DNA of 64,000 bases from positions 9,274 to 73,273 of the forward strand of contig JABIJZ010000010.1 of the NCBI GenBank assembly GCA_018655275.1, given 5' to 3'. Numbering within the stretch: the first letter of the stretch is position 1; every line of letters starts with the position of its first letter. A program made the translations under genes and the position numbers. This DNA is from Candidatus Peregrinibacteria bacterium (lineage in GTDB: Bacteria; Patescibacteriota; Gracilibacteria; UBA1369; LOWO2-01-FULL-3). This document shows, piece by piece, positions 46,604 through 55,010 of this stretch. Under the pieces are notes generated by a model, which was given only the letters and a program-made list of their open reading frames with translations, was not told the DNA's origin and did not search any database.

Positions 46604-49600
46604 ATGGGCAGGATAAAAGACAAAGCAGAAGAAGTTGGCAATGAATTAATTCCACCGTTCTTGCTAGATGCAGGGATAAACTTCGCAGCTGGAGAGGACG
46701 CTGACATAGACGCATCACGAAGTAAGTACGGAAGCAACATCAAAATTGTATTAGATAAACTGGGGGACTCTCCAGAAGAAGCTGCGGCCCTACTAAAAGA
46801 AATATACGATGATCCTCAAATGGGATTTTGGGAGTATCAACCGATAGTGGCAGCTTGTTTTGATAAATCTTTGGAAAAGAAAAATGGCCTTTTTGAGTTT
46901 AGAAATGCATTGACCGCACAAGAATTACCAATGCCAGCAGAATTACAGAATGTGTATTGGGCTAGAATGGTTGAGGATTGCTATACAACTGGTCAATACG
47001 ACTTGGCCATATACATGTATGATTCTGCAAAAGCCTCAGGAAATCCTGTATTGAGAGGAATGAGCTACTACGCAATGAAAAGTTACTTAGAGCTCCAAGA
47101 CAAAGATCCAGAGAATTTGGGCAAAGCAATAGATGTGGTTGTAGACAATATTGAACAATTCGAAGGAACAAAGTGGGAAGAGGAACTGTGGGAAAAAATC
47201 TTGCCATTATATAGAGAACACAGAGCAAGATTCGACGAACATCCAAATCTAGCCAAAATAGACGTACCAAAAAGAATATTTAAAAAAGCTTTGGCAGAGA
47301 ATCCAGGAGATATAGATGCACACCTTACGTTCATTTATCTCTTGTGGCCAAAGAAAAAGGAAAAGAGGGGAAAAGGCCGGGAACTTTTTCCATTAGCAGA
47401 ATTCAAAACAGCTCTAGGAGCAGTAGATCCAGAATCAATCAACGCAAAGGCCAAGAGAGAACTCACAGAACTTCACAAAGAAGCTCTAAATTACCTGATG
47501 GCTTCAAACAGACTCAAAGAAGCCTCAGAATTAATGACAGAACTTCCTTGGTTCGACCAAGATCCGGAACTGTTAGGAATATATTTCAAATTACTGACTC
47601 ACAAAGCAATAAGTACACAGGGGACAGTCACCACAGCTTCAGCATTGAGAGTCCCCGGCATGGATGAAGAGGAAAGAGATGCTGTAATCCTTGAGGCAAG
47701 ACAAAGGCACAGAATGGAAACACATCAAAACGCACACATAGGAGAGGTGCTTGCGACACACTTGCAAGATCATGGAGTTATAAGAGAAAAATTAAATGCA
47801 GTAAACTCAAGAAAAGCTTTCCTATCAAAAGAGCTCCACGAATTGATTAACGATATGGGTGCGGTCCTTAGTGATAACCACCTCAGGTCACAAATAGAAG
47901 CAAATTCAAATGAAGAATATCCCATAAGAAGCCAACTCCTAAGATCTCTTGGTGTAAGCAGTATGAGATTTGGAGTTACCGAAAGGGGGATACACGTCTA
48001 CCTCACAACATGTGTTAGCGAAACAAGAAAAACCAACTTCGTATCAGAGCTACGTTTTGACAAAAACTTCAACTTAGTCGAACCAGATGAAACAATGCTT
48101 ATGAACGCTGGAGACGTGAACCAAAGAATGGCATTTTTAATGTTGAGAGCAGGGGCATATCAAGAGCTCCTCAATATATGCATGGACACAGAGGATACAG
48201 CATTGGATAACATATTTTACGAAGACAATCCGGCCTTCACAGAGTTTACAAGAAGGTTCGAAAGTTACGGTGACGCTATGTCATGTCCAAGAGAAGATGT
48301 TCTATCATTAGTTGAACAAAACACCGCGACAAAAGAACTCGTAGAAGAACTTCTAGGAGGTTCTTACATGGAGTGGGCAGAAGCGTACGAGATAGACTTC
48401 ATGGGATTAATCGAAAGATACAAAGAAGAAATCGATTCAAAAAGAGACCTGGATGATCCAGCATATCAATATATAATGAGAGTTGACCCAGATTCCCCAC
48501 TGGCTTATTCAGCTGGCGCAAAAACTGTAACAATGTTCAACTCACAAAAAGGAGCAGAAATCTTAGCAGAAAAAGGAGTTTCCCCCGACATGATTGCAAA
48601 ACTTGGATTCCCAAAAACAGAAAAAAACAATTTTGTAGGTTATTTCGAAATAATGTTGGAAATAGACGGAGAACAAAAAATAATCTCAGTAGTTTTGGAC
48701 AAAAACGGAAACGCTGTGATTTTTGGAATAGGAGAAGAAGATCCATTATACAAAACATTGCATTGCGCAGTACTTGAAGCCTTTGCATTAAAAGTTGTTC
48801 CGGAATATAGGCCTTTTACAAGATTGTTCCTAGGAATGACAGACGAGGAACTCGCAGCCGACTCAGAAGTATCCGATCTAGAACGTGCCACAACGTTTAC
48901 AAAAAGATCTCCTGAAATAGCGAGTCAGAGAGTAGCGAGAACGAAGAGGCGAGCTGCAGCTTCCGCAGTGGCAGGTGGAGAAGGTCGAAAAAGAAGAAGA
49001 ACCCCAAAAACAAAGCTAGCATTGCTTGATGAAACCCAAGGAATGTTTAGCAGATTGGAACTTGCAGAAAGAGATATAAGTAAATGGAAGCTTTGCTTTG
49101 TAGTAAAAGGAGGTGAAGAAAAAGGACGATACGTGGATGTCCAAGGAATATTTGAGAGTATTAACGGGGCAAACCACGTAGATATAGAGATCTTGAAAAT
49201 GCTATACGGCAAAGAATTAAGTGGTCTAGAAAAGGAGGCTATCATAAAAAAAGGAGGCAAACAGTTGTACCCTACATTTGATTTACCTGAAGAACTTCAC
49301 AATTTCTTAAGGAAAAAACTGAGAGTACGTTTGAACAAAGGTGGAGTTTTGTATCGGTTGCCATTGGAAGCAAAACGTACAGAAAAGGAAGGAATAATTG
49401 TAGAAGAGAGAGAGGATGGATTCTACGAACTAAGACCTCTCATGGAAAGCAAAGGTAAAAAGATAAGAGGACGAAAGCCAAAAAATTCACGAAGAATAGA
49501 AAGAGACGGAAAGAAATACAACGAAAAAAAGATCCCAGTAGAAGCAAAAATTAAAATTGGTGGAAAGACATATTTCCTAGTTGTTTGGAAGATGTCAGGA

Positions 49601-50491
49601 CGTAACAGGAAATTTTTCGACGAAGATTCAACAATAAAATTAAACAAAGAATCTCAAGAATTTCTACATGCAATAATCTATGACAAAAAAACAGGAGTTA
49701 TCGTCCAACTAACAACAGCTGGCCCAACAGCAAAGCAACCAAACGGTGAATATCTTGATCTTCATTCAAGAGCATTTGCAAACATGAGTAAAAAGAAGGC
49801 TCCACCTGCTGCATTTTTGGATGCACGGGGTGCAAAAAAATTGAGAGAGTTGGTGAAGGAGGGAAAAGTTGTCCCAGAGGATTTGGCGGTTGAATTTTTG
49901 GAAATGGTTGTGCACACAGGATACAGGCAAGGTGAATTTGCAACACTAGGTGTCATGTTAGACACCCCAGGCAAAATAGAGAAATTTATAGTTACCAAAA
50001 TGGTAAATGGAGTGACAGGTCAGCCTAGAAATCTCAAAGAAAGATTAAAGGAAATATTATCAGCCACAAGTGAAGAAGAACTTCCAGATGACACAGAAGA
50101 GGTAATAGATGCATTAGGTAAGGGCACAGAAACCACAACTCCAGTTTCAGATCCAGCGCCAGTAGACGACGATGATGCAGATGATGATGAAGCAGACTTT
50201 GATGCTGATTCGGATTCAGACTCAGAAGTAGATGAACCAGCACCAGATGACGATGAGGTTGATGACGATGAGGTTGATGACGAAGAAGAACCAGAAGCAG
50301 ACGAACTTGATTTCGAACCAGATTCAAAACCAGCGCCAAAAGATGAAGAAGAGCCAGACACATCACCAAGATTAGAACCAAAACGACCACCACCTCGCAG
50401 AAAGGCCTCTCCACCACAAAGCACAACTGTTCTCGAAAGAGGTAAAACACCTGATTTCTTCAGGCAAATGATGGAAGATACGGATGACTAA
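46604..50491 (+). CDS. Hypothetical giant protein (about 1295 aa from ATG 46604, or 1319 aa from GTG 46532) with a basic region and a long poly-acidic C-terminal tail
   Basis: The reading frame is uninterrupted and shows no recognisable catalytic motifs. The C-terminus is DDDDADDDEADFDADSDSDSEVDEPAPDDDEVDDDEVDDEEEPEADELDFEPD followed by RPPPRRKASPPQ. The start is uncertain: ATG 46604 has AAGGA 8 nt upstream. Confidence 0.55.
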   Translation: MGRIKDKAEEVGNELIPPFLLDAGINFAAGEDADIDASRSKYGSNIKIVLDKLGDSPEEAAALLKEIYDDPQMGFWEYQPIVAACFDKSLEKKNGLFEFRNALTAQELPMPAELQNVYWARMVEDCYTTGQYDLAIYMYDSAKASGNPVLRGMSYYAMKSYLELQDKDPENLGKAIDVVVDNIEQFEGTKWEEELWEKILPLYREHRARFDEHPNLAKIDVPKRIFKKALAENPGDIDAHLTFIYLLWPKKKEKRGKGRELFPLAEFKTALGAVDPESINAKAKRELTELHKEALNYLMASNRLKEASELMTELPWFDQDPELLGIYFKLLTHKAISTQGTVTTASALRVPGMDEEERDAVILEARQRHRMETHQNAHIGEVLATHLQDHGVIREKLNAVNSRKAFLSKELHELINDMGAVLSDNHLRSQIEANSNEEYPIRSQLLRSLGVSSMRFGVTERGIHVYLTTCVSETRKTNFVSELRFDKNFNLVEPDETMLMNAGDVNQRMAFLMLRAGAYQELLNICMDTEDTALDNIFYEDNPAFTEFTRRFESYGDAMSCPREDVLSLVEQNTATKELVEELLGGSYMEWAEAYEIDFMGLIERYKEEIDSKRDLDDPAYQYIMRVDPDSPLAYSAGAKTVTMFNSQKGAEILAEKGVSPDMIAKLGFPKTEKNNFVGYFEIMLEIDGEQKIISVVLDKNGNAVIFGIGEEDPLYKTLHCAVLEAFALKVVPEYRPFTRLFLGMTDEELAADSEVSDLERATTFTKRSPEIASQRVARTKRRAAASAVAGGEGRKRRRTPKTKLALLDETQGMFSRLELAERDISKWKLCFVVKGGEEKGRYVDVQGIFESINGANHVDIEILKMLYGKELSGLEKEAIIKKGGKQLYPTFDLPEELHNFLRKKLRVRLNKGGVLYRLPLEAKRTEKEGIIVEEREDGFYELRPLMESKGKKIRGRKPKNSRRIERDGKKYNEKKIPVEAKIKIGGKTYFLVVWKMSGRNRKFFDEDSTIKLNKESQEFLHAIIYDKKTGVIVQLTTAGPTAKQPNGEYLDLHSRAFANMSKKKAPPAAFLDARGAKKLRELVKEGKVVPEDLAVEFLEMVVHTGYRQGEFATLGVMLDTPGKIEKFIVTKMVNGVTGQPRNLKERLKEILSATSEEELPDDTEEVIDALGKGTETTTPVSDPAPVDDDDADDDEADFDADSDSDSEVDEPAPDDDEVDDDEVDDEEEPEADELDFEPDSKPAPKDEEEPDTSPRLEPKRPPPRRKASPPQSTTVLERGKTPDFFRQMMEDTDD

Positions 50492-50496
50492 TAAAA

Positions 50497-51792
50497 CTAA
50501 TCCCCAAACCTCTCTATAGCCTTCGCCAACTCAGGCCTTGTCTTTGCATATTGAGCGATCGTCTTTTTCTTCTGCCAAGCCTCACAAGCCTGGACCAAAG
50601 CCATGGCTCCGGCACGAGTTCCATCAGGATGAGAATGACATCCCGCCCCCATAGTAGTGATAAAATCAGTCGAACCAAAAGCATCGATCAGACGAGCCAG
50701 TTTCGTAGGGTTTAGTCCACCAGAAGCGATAGGAGCACAAGGTTTCATTCCTTTCCAATCTTGTTCATAGAAGAATCCTTGAGATTTCTTATCAAAAGCT
50801 GAATGAACAGCAGTGATATCCTCACGAACATCGCCTTTCATTTTGCCAATACCAGCGGTTCCCGTATGAATTCCAGAAGAACCAGCCAACCTACCAAATT
50901 TAGTCAAAATCGGCACAGAATACCCAAACGCATTTTCAGGTCTAGTATAAGCACCGTGTCCAGCACGATGGAAATGCAAGAACACATCCGGAAATTTCCG
51001 ACGAATAGTCTGCACCGCAGTCCAACCCGCAGTAACCCCATCAACCAAGAAAGCATAGCTTCCGCGCTTCATAGTCTTTCGAACAAACTTCGCCCTTTCA
51101 ATCATAGTATCCAAATCCGAAGCTGAAATATTTATAGAAAAAACCTTTTTATGACCCGTCTCCTTCACAACTTTTCTCATTTGTTTATTGACCTCACGAA
51201 TCACATCCTTGAAGGGAGCAAAAACCTGATCAGCCTGAGGTTCATCAAATTTCACAAAATCACCACCACCTGCCCAAAATTCATAACACACCTTCGCAAA
51301 TTCAACAGGTTTCAATCCAATCTTAGGTTTAACAATAGTTCCAAGAATAGGGCGATTCCCAATCCCCAAATATTTTTTCAAATCTCTCAAAGTATAAGCA
51401 GGTCCGTCAAACTGATCCAAAAACCGTTTAGGAAACCAAACATCCTCCAGCCTCAAACCGTTCAACGTAGACATCCCGTAAACATTCCCCGCAATATAAG
51501 TCATCACATTCTGCACATTCCCACCCCGATCAAAAATCTCCAATGGATAAGCCAAAAACGCCAATTTCTTCTTTGGATCGATCTTGTACACACGCGCATT
51601 CAAATCATCAGAAAAAGAAGTCGCCGTAGAAACACGCATATTCGATCCAGTACTAGATTCAGCCGCGACCTCAGTCGCCAGCCCTTTGAAATCTTCACCT
51701 TTCGCCGGCAGCATAGTAAAAGCCGCGAGCAAATATTTACCTGAATAAAGTTCTTTTTTTGTTAGGCGTAAGCCAAGATACTGTTTTTGCAT
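50497..51792 (-). CDS. rbcL: Ribulose-1,5-bisphosphate carboxylase large-subunit homolog, form III or II/III type
   Basis: Catalytic motifs are AAESSTGSN, GNVYGM, GTIVKPKIGL, GGDFVKFDE (K-x-D-E, with Phe where canonical KDDE has Asp), HFHRAGHG, SGIHTGTAGIGKMKG, ASGGLNP and GAGCHSHPDG. At 431 aa with no small-subunit gene nearby. Confidence 0.85.
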   Translation of the reverse strand: MQKQYLGLRLTKKELYSGKYLLAAFTMLPAKGEDFKGLATEVAAESSTGSNMRVSTATSFSDDLNARVYKIDPKKKLAFLAYPLEIFDRGGNVQNVMTYIAGNVYGMSTLNGLRLEDVWFPKRFLDQFDGPAYTLRDLKKYLGIGNRPILGTIVKPKIGLKPVEFAKVCYEFWAGGGDFVKFDEPQADQVFAPFKDVIREVNKQMRKVVKETGHKKVFSINISASDLDTMIERAKFVRKTMKRGSYAFLVDGVTAGWTAVQTIRRKFPDVFLHFHRAGHGAYTRPENAFGYSVPILTKFGRLAGSSGIHTGTAGIGKMKGDVREDITAVHSAFDKKSQGFFYEQDWKGMKPCAPIASGGLNPTKLARLIDAFGSTDFITTMGAGCHSHPDGTRAGAMALVQACEAWQKKKTIAQYAKTRPELAKAIERFGD

Positions 51793-51828
51793 AGGAGGGG
51801 AGGGTTAGTTCGAAAAAGATTATAGCAC

Positions 51829-51864
51829 AAAAAAACAGCGATTGAATCGAAATCCAACCGCTGT
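51829..51864 (-). terminator. Rho-independent terminator after the RRM gene
   Basis: The minus strand reads ACAGCGGTTGGAT-TTCG-ATTCAATCGCTGT followed by T7. Immediately downstream, TGCTATAAT (-10 hexamer at 51819-51824) is a candidate extended -10 for rbcL. Confidence 0.7.
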
Positions 51865-51884
51865 CTTTTATTTTTAGAAAAGGA

Positions 51885-52139
51885 TTACTCTTCTCTTGGT
51901 CTAGCAACGTTAACTTTGATCTCACGACCATCAAGTTCTTTACCATCCCACATTTCAATCGCAGCTTGAGCTTCTTCTTCAGAAGCCATAGTTACGAACC
52001 CGAAACCTTTTGAACGTCCACTAGCTCTATCAGTGATGATAACAGCTTCTTCAACGGTTCCAGCTTGTCCGAAAGCCTCTGTGAGACTTTCTTGAGTAGT
52101 TGCCCATGCAATTCCACCCACGAATAATTTGTTGTCCAT
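51885..52139 (-). CDS. RRM-type RNA-binding protein
   Basis: RNP-2 is KLFVGGI and RNP-1 is KGFGFVTM. At 84 aa it is like bacterial Rbp proteins. Confidence 0.85.
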   Translation of the reverse strand: MDNKLFVGGIAWATTQESLTEAFGQAGTVEEAVIITDRASGRSKGFGFVTMASEEEAQAAIEMWDGKELDGREIKVNVARPREE

Positions 52140-52302
52140 CTAATGTACTGGTTAAAAAATAGATGAAGTGTAAAACAATCTATTTTCACCATACACTAGC
52201 ACAGGAAAACACTAGTTTTACGCAAGTTTAATACAGCAAATAAAGTAATAGCGCAAGGGGAAATTGTATTTTTGGCAAATTTGCCGAAAATTCCGAACTT
52301 GA

Positions 52303-52707
52303 TTAAGCCCGTCTTTTCTCCTCTTTTCCATTAACATATACCCTCATATCAGGTACGATTTGCACTCTCGCAGGCCCAGCCTCCATCTCAACATTCAGAT
52401 CAAAAGGCTTTGGCGGTAGTTTTCCAAGCGATTCAAAAAGCTTCTGATTTGCATGCGCAATATCTTCCTCAGCCTTCATTTTCATCTCTTTTAATTTTAG
52501 GTAAGATTCCTGATCCGTCAGGTCCCGCAGCGCATCATCCTCGAAATCTTTGACCTGGGCTTTCATTTCTTTAGCCCCTCTTTTGAGGTCTTCGTAGCGA
52601 TCGTCCTCGATTTTTTCTTCGTATTTAATGTCTTTTTTTATCTCTTTCAACTTTTCTTTAAGCTTCTCAATATCTTTGATAATAAGGGCAATTGTATCTT
52701 CGATCAT
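52303..52707 (-). CDS. Hypothetical coiled-coil protein
   Basis: A 134-aa Lys/Glu-rich ORF with heptad-like pattern. No family recognised. Confidence 0.45.
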   Translation of the reverse strand: MIEDTIALIIKDIEKLKEKLKEIKKDIKYEEKIEDDRYEDLKRGAKEMKAQVKDFEDDALRDLTDQESYLKLKEMKMKAEEDIAHANQKLFESLGKLPPKPFDLNVEMEAGPARVQIVPDMRVYVNGKEEKRRA

Positions 52708-52815
52708 AGGTGTAGGGGGTAAATGGGGTAAATAAAAAGGCCCAATGGGCCAGAAGTTGGAAATAAATTAACACAAACTGCGCACGATTTCAAAATCATA
52801 TGCTATCATTAAGCC

Positions 52816-54558
52816 ATGACAAAAATAACATCCATATTAGCATTTTTCATACTTTCGCTAGTAGCTGTGCAAAGCTCATTTCAGAGCTCATTCGCTTTTA
52901 CCGACGTCTCAGGAAATTCAAAATATTACGAGGCAATCTCAGGTCTAGAATCTTCAGACATCGTCGATGGAAACCCAGACGGTACTTTCGAACCAGCCGA
53001 ATCAATAAACAGAGCCGAGTTTCTGAAAATAATTGTCGAAGCCCAATACAACAACATCCAAGGCTCAGGATGTTTCCCCGATGTCCCAGCAAAATGGTTT
53101 GAGAAATACATATGTTTCGCAAAATCAGAAGGCATAGTGGACGGCTACGACGACAATACTTTCCGCCCAGGAGACACCATCTCTCTGGCAGAAGGAACCA
53201 AAATCTTACTAGAAAGCTTAAACATGAAGGTCTCTCCTGTACAAAACACAAAATGGTACACACCATACATGCAAGTAGCAGAGTCAATGTATCTGATCGG
53301 AAACCTAACCAACGATCCAAAAAAAGAACTAACAAGAGAAGAGGCCGCCCAATTGATATACAATTCTCAGGAAGAAACCATGCCTTCCACTCCGACCCCG
53401 GTCGAACCTCCAACCCCGACCGAAACCCCGACCGAAACCCCGACCTCAGGCCTATTCGATGAAGAATACACACATCTCCCACCAGGAAAATGGGATTGGA
53501 ACAACGCTGACAACGATTTCGCAAACTACAGAAACTTCGAAACAAACATCGGAAAATTCAACCCACTCAAAAACAACGATGGAGAGCAATACGGCTGGGA
53601 ACTCATCGGCAACAATCCAGATGCAATAGAATTCGACGGTCCAGCTATGTATTTCTACGGATCTAGCGGCACAGACCTCATAAATCTTGGAGCAAGAGGT
53701 TCAATCCACAGTTTTGGAGATGGAAACCTAGCAGGCGGTGATGACGTACTGGTTTTCGAAGAATCATACAGCCTCGATTTCAGGACAGGGTCAAGCCTAG
53801 ACAATTCCGACCAAGACGACGACTTAGTAATAGGAGGATGCACCCCAAACACAGACACAAGCTTCGATATAGAAACAACCACAATCCACACAGGTCCGGG
53901 ATCAGACACAGTATTCATCAGAGACATGGAGCGAGCAGCAATAGACGCTGGAAATGGGTCAAATGGAAGGACGGACTCAATCGATCCAAACGATGGAGAC
54001 GACGTCGTTGTATTCAGAGGCAACATGCTGGACTTCAGGTTTTTTGGAGGCAATGGAGATGACACAGCAGTATGGTACGTAGATGAACCAAACCAAGACA
54101 CAACTTGGCTAGGTCCAAATTTCTTTGGAGGAGGTGGTGATGGAGATGCGTTGTGGGAAGACGAAGGCACTGACACTCTGGTATTAGTAATCCCAACCGA
54201 CACAACCATCACAACCACAACTCCAACACAACCAGGCGAAGTATTGGTACGCACATTGGCAGGATATCCCACAGAGCCAGATATAGACGCACCAGTCGAC
54301 CACGACTCATACGCAAGATACTGTATGACTTGTGGAATAAGCCCAGAAGGCAAAAAAACAATCACAGTAGAATACAACAACAAAGAAGGCACAGTCCGTA
54401 CCGGATATTTCTGGCTCACAGATATGGAGCGCCTCCAAATAGGAGTAGGCTCAAATGCAAAAGTCTACGAGCTAGATTCAGTAAACGGAACAGCAACACT
54501 AAACACATCTCTTCCAAAATTCACACCTCCGGAAGTCCCAGAAGGGTATTGTAAATAA
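52816..54558 (+). CDS. Secreted protein with two N-terminal SLH domains, a PT-rich linker and a Gly/Asp-rich C-terminal domain
   Basis: Has a signal peptide. SLH motifs are FTDVSGNSKYYEAISGLESSDIVDGNPDGTFEPAESINRAEFLKII and FPDVPAKWFEKYICFAKSEGIVDGYDDNTFRPGDTISLAEGTKIL. The linker is PTPVEPPTPTETPTETPT. GGNGDD, GGGGDGD and GPGSD motifs suggest calcium binding. Confidence 0.75.
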   Translation: MTKITSILAFFILSLVAVQSSFQSSFAFTDVSGNSKYYEAISGLESSDIVDGNPDGTFEPAESINRAEFLKIIVEAQYNNIQGSGCFPDVPAKWFEKYICFAKSEGIVDGYDDNTFRPGDTISLAEGTKILLESLNMKVSPVQNTKWYTPYMQVAESMYLIGNLTNDPKKELTREEAAQLIYNSQEETMPSTPTPVEPPTPTETPTETPTSGLFDEEYTHLPPGKWDWNNADNDFANYRNFETNIGKFNPLKNNDGEQYGWELIGNNPDAIEFDGPAMYFYGSSGTDLINLGARGSIHSFGDGNLAGGDDVLVFEESYSLDFRTGSSLDNSDQDDDLVIGGCTPNTDTSFDIETTTIHTGPGSDTVFIRDMERAAIDAGNGSNGRTDSIDPNDGDDVVVFRGNMLDFRFFGGNGDDTAVWYVDEPNQDTTWLGPNFFGGGGDGDALWEDEGTDTLVLVIPTDTTITTTTPTQPGEVLVRTLAGYPTEPDIDAPVDHDSYARYCMTCGISPEGKKTITVEYNNKEGTVRTGYFWLTDMERLQIGVGSNAKVYELDSVNGTATLNTSLPKFTPPEVPEGYCK

Positions 54559-54640
54559 GCTTCACTTCGAAGGCAAAAACCCCTTGACATTTCTTCGCCA
54601 CCTGTGTTAATGTTTTAGCACGTTAAAACACTAAGCGACA

Positions 54641-54928
54641 ATGAATAAAGCAAAAAACAACAACCAGGCGTCCAAAGAATTGTACGAAGCTATTCTCGAA
54701 TTACAGTCTGTTGATGAATGTAAAAAATTCTTCAGAGATCTTTGTACGCTCTCAGAATTAACTTCAATGGTTGAAAGATTCCAGGTCGCAAAAATGGTGG
54801 ACAACAAAACTCCATATCGAGAAATAAACAAAAAAACAGGTTCAAGTACAGCCACTATCACTCGTGTAGCCCATTGGTTGCATCATGGAAAGGGTGGTTA
54901 TAACCTTGTACTTGATAGGATGAAATAA
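54641..54928 (+). CDS. TrpR-related YerC/YecD family DNA-binding protein
   Basis: ELYEAILELQSVDECKKFFRDLCTLSELTSMVERFQVAKMV...TGSSTATITRVAHWL matches the YerC/YecD (Trp repressor fold) pattern. Confidence 0.75.
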   Translation: MNKAKNNNQASKELYEAILELQSVDECKKFFRDLCTLSELTSMVERFQVAKMVDNKTPYREINKKTGSSTATITRVAHWLHHGKGGYNLVLDRMK

Positions 54929-54952
54929 ATCCAAGACACAAAGTTTATAACG

Positions 54953-54979
54953 ACCCTCCAGACGACAGAGGGTTTTTTT
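54953..54979 (+). terminator. Rho-independent terminator
   Basis: ACCCTC-cagacgaca-GAGGGT followed by T7, 25 nt after the stop at 54928. Confidence 0.55.
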
Positions 54980-55010
54980 ATTAATAAATTCAAATTTAAC
55001 CAAAATTACA

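Noticed and set aside
50020-50450. Two minus-strand ORFs (134 and 138 aa) rich in Ser or Leu/His
   Set aside because: They are antisense to the GAT/GAA-rich region encoding the poly-acidic tail of the giant protein, so they are a compositional artefact.
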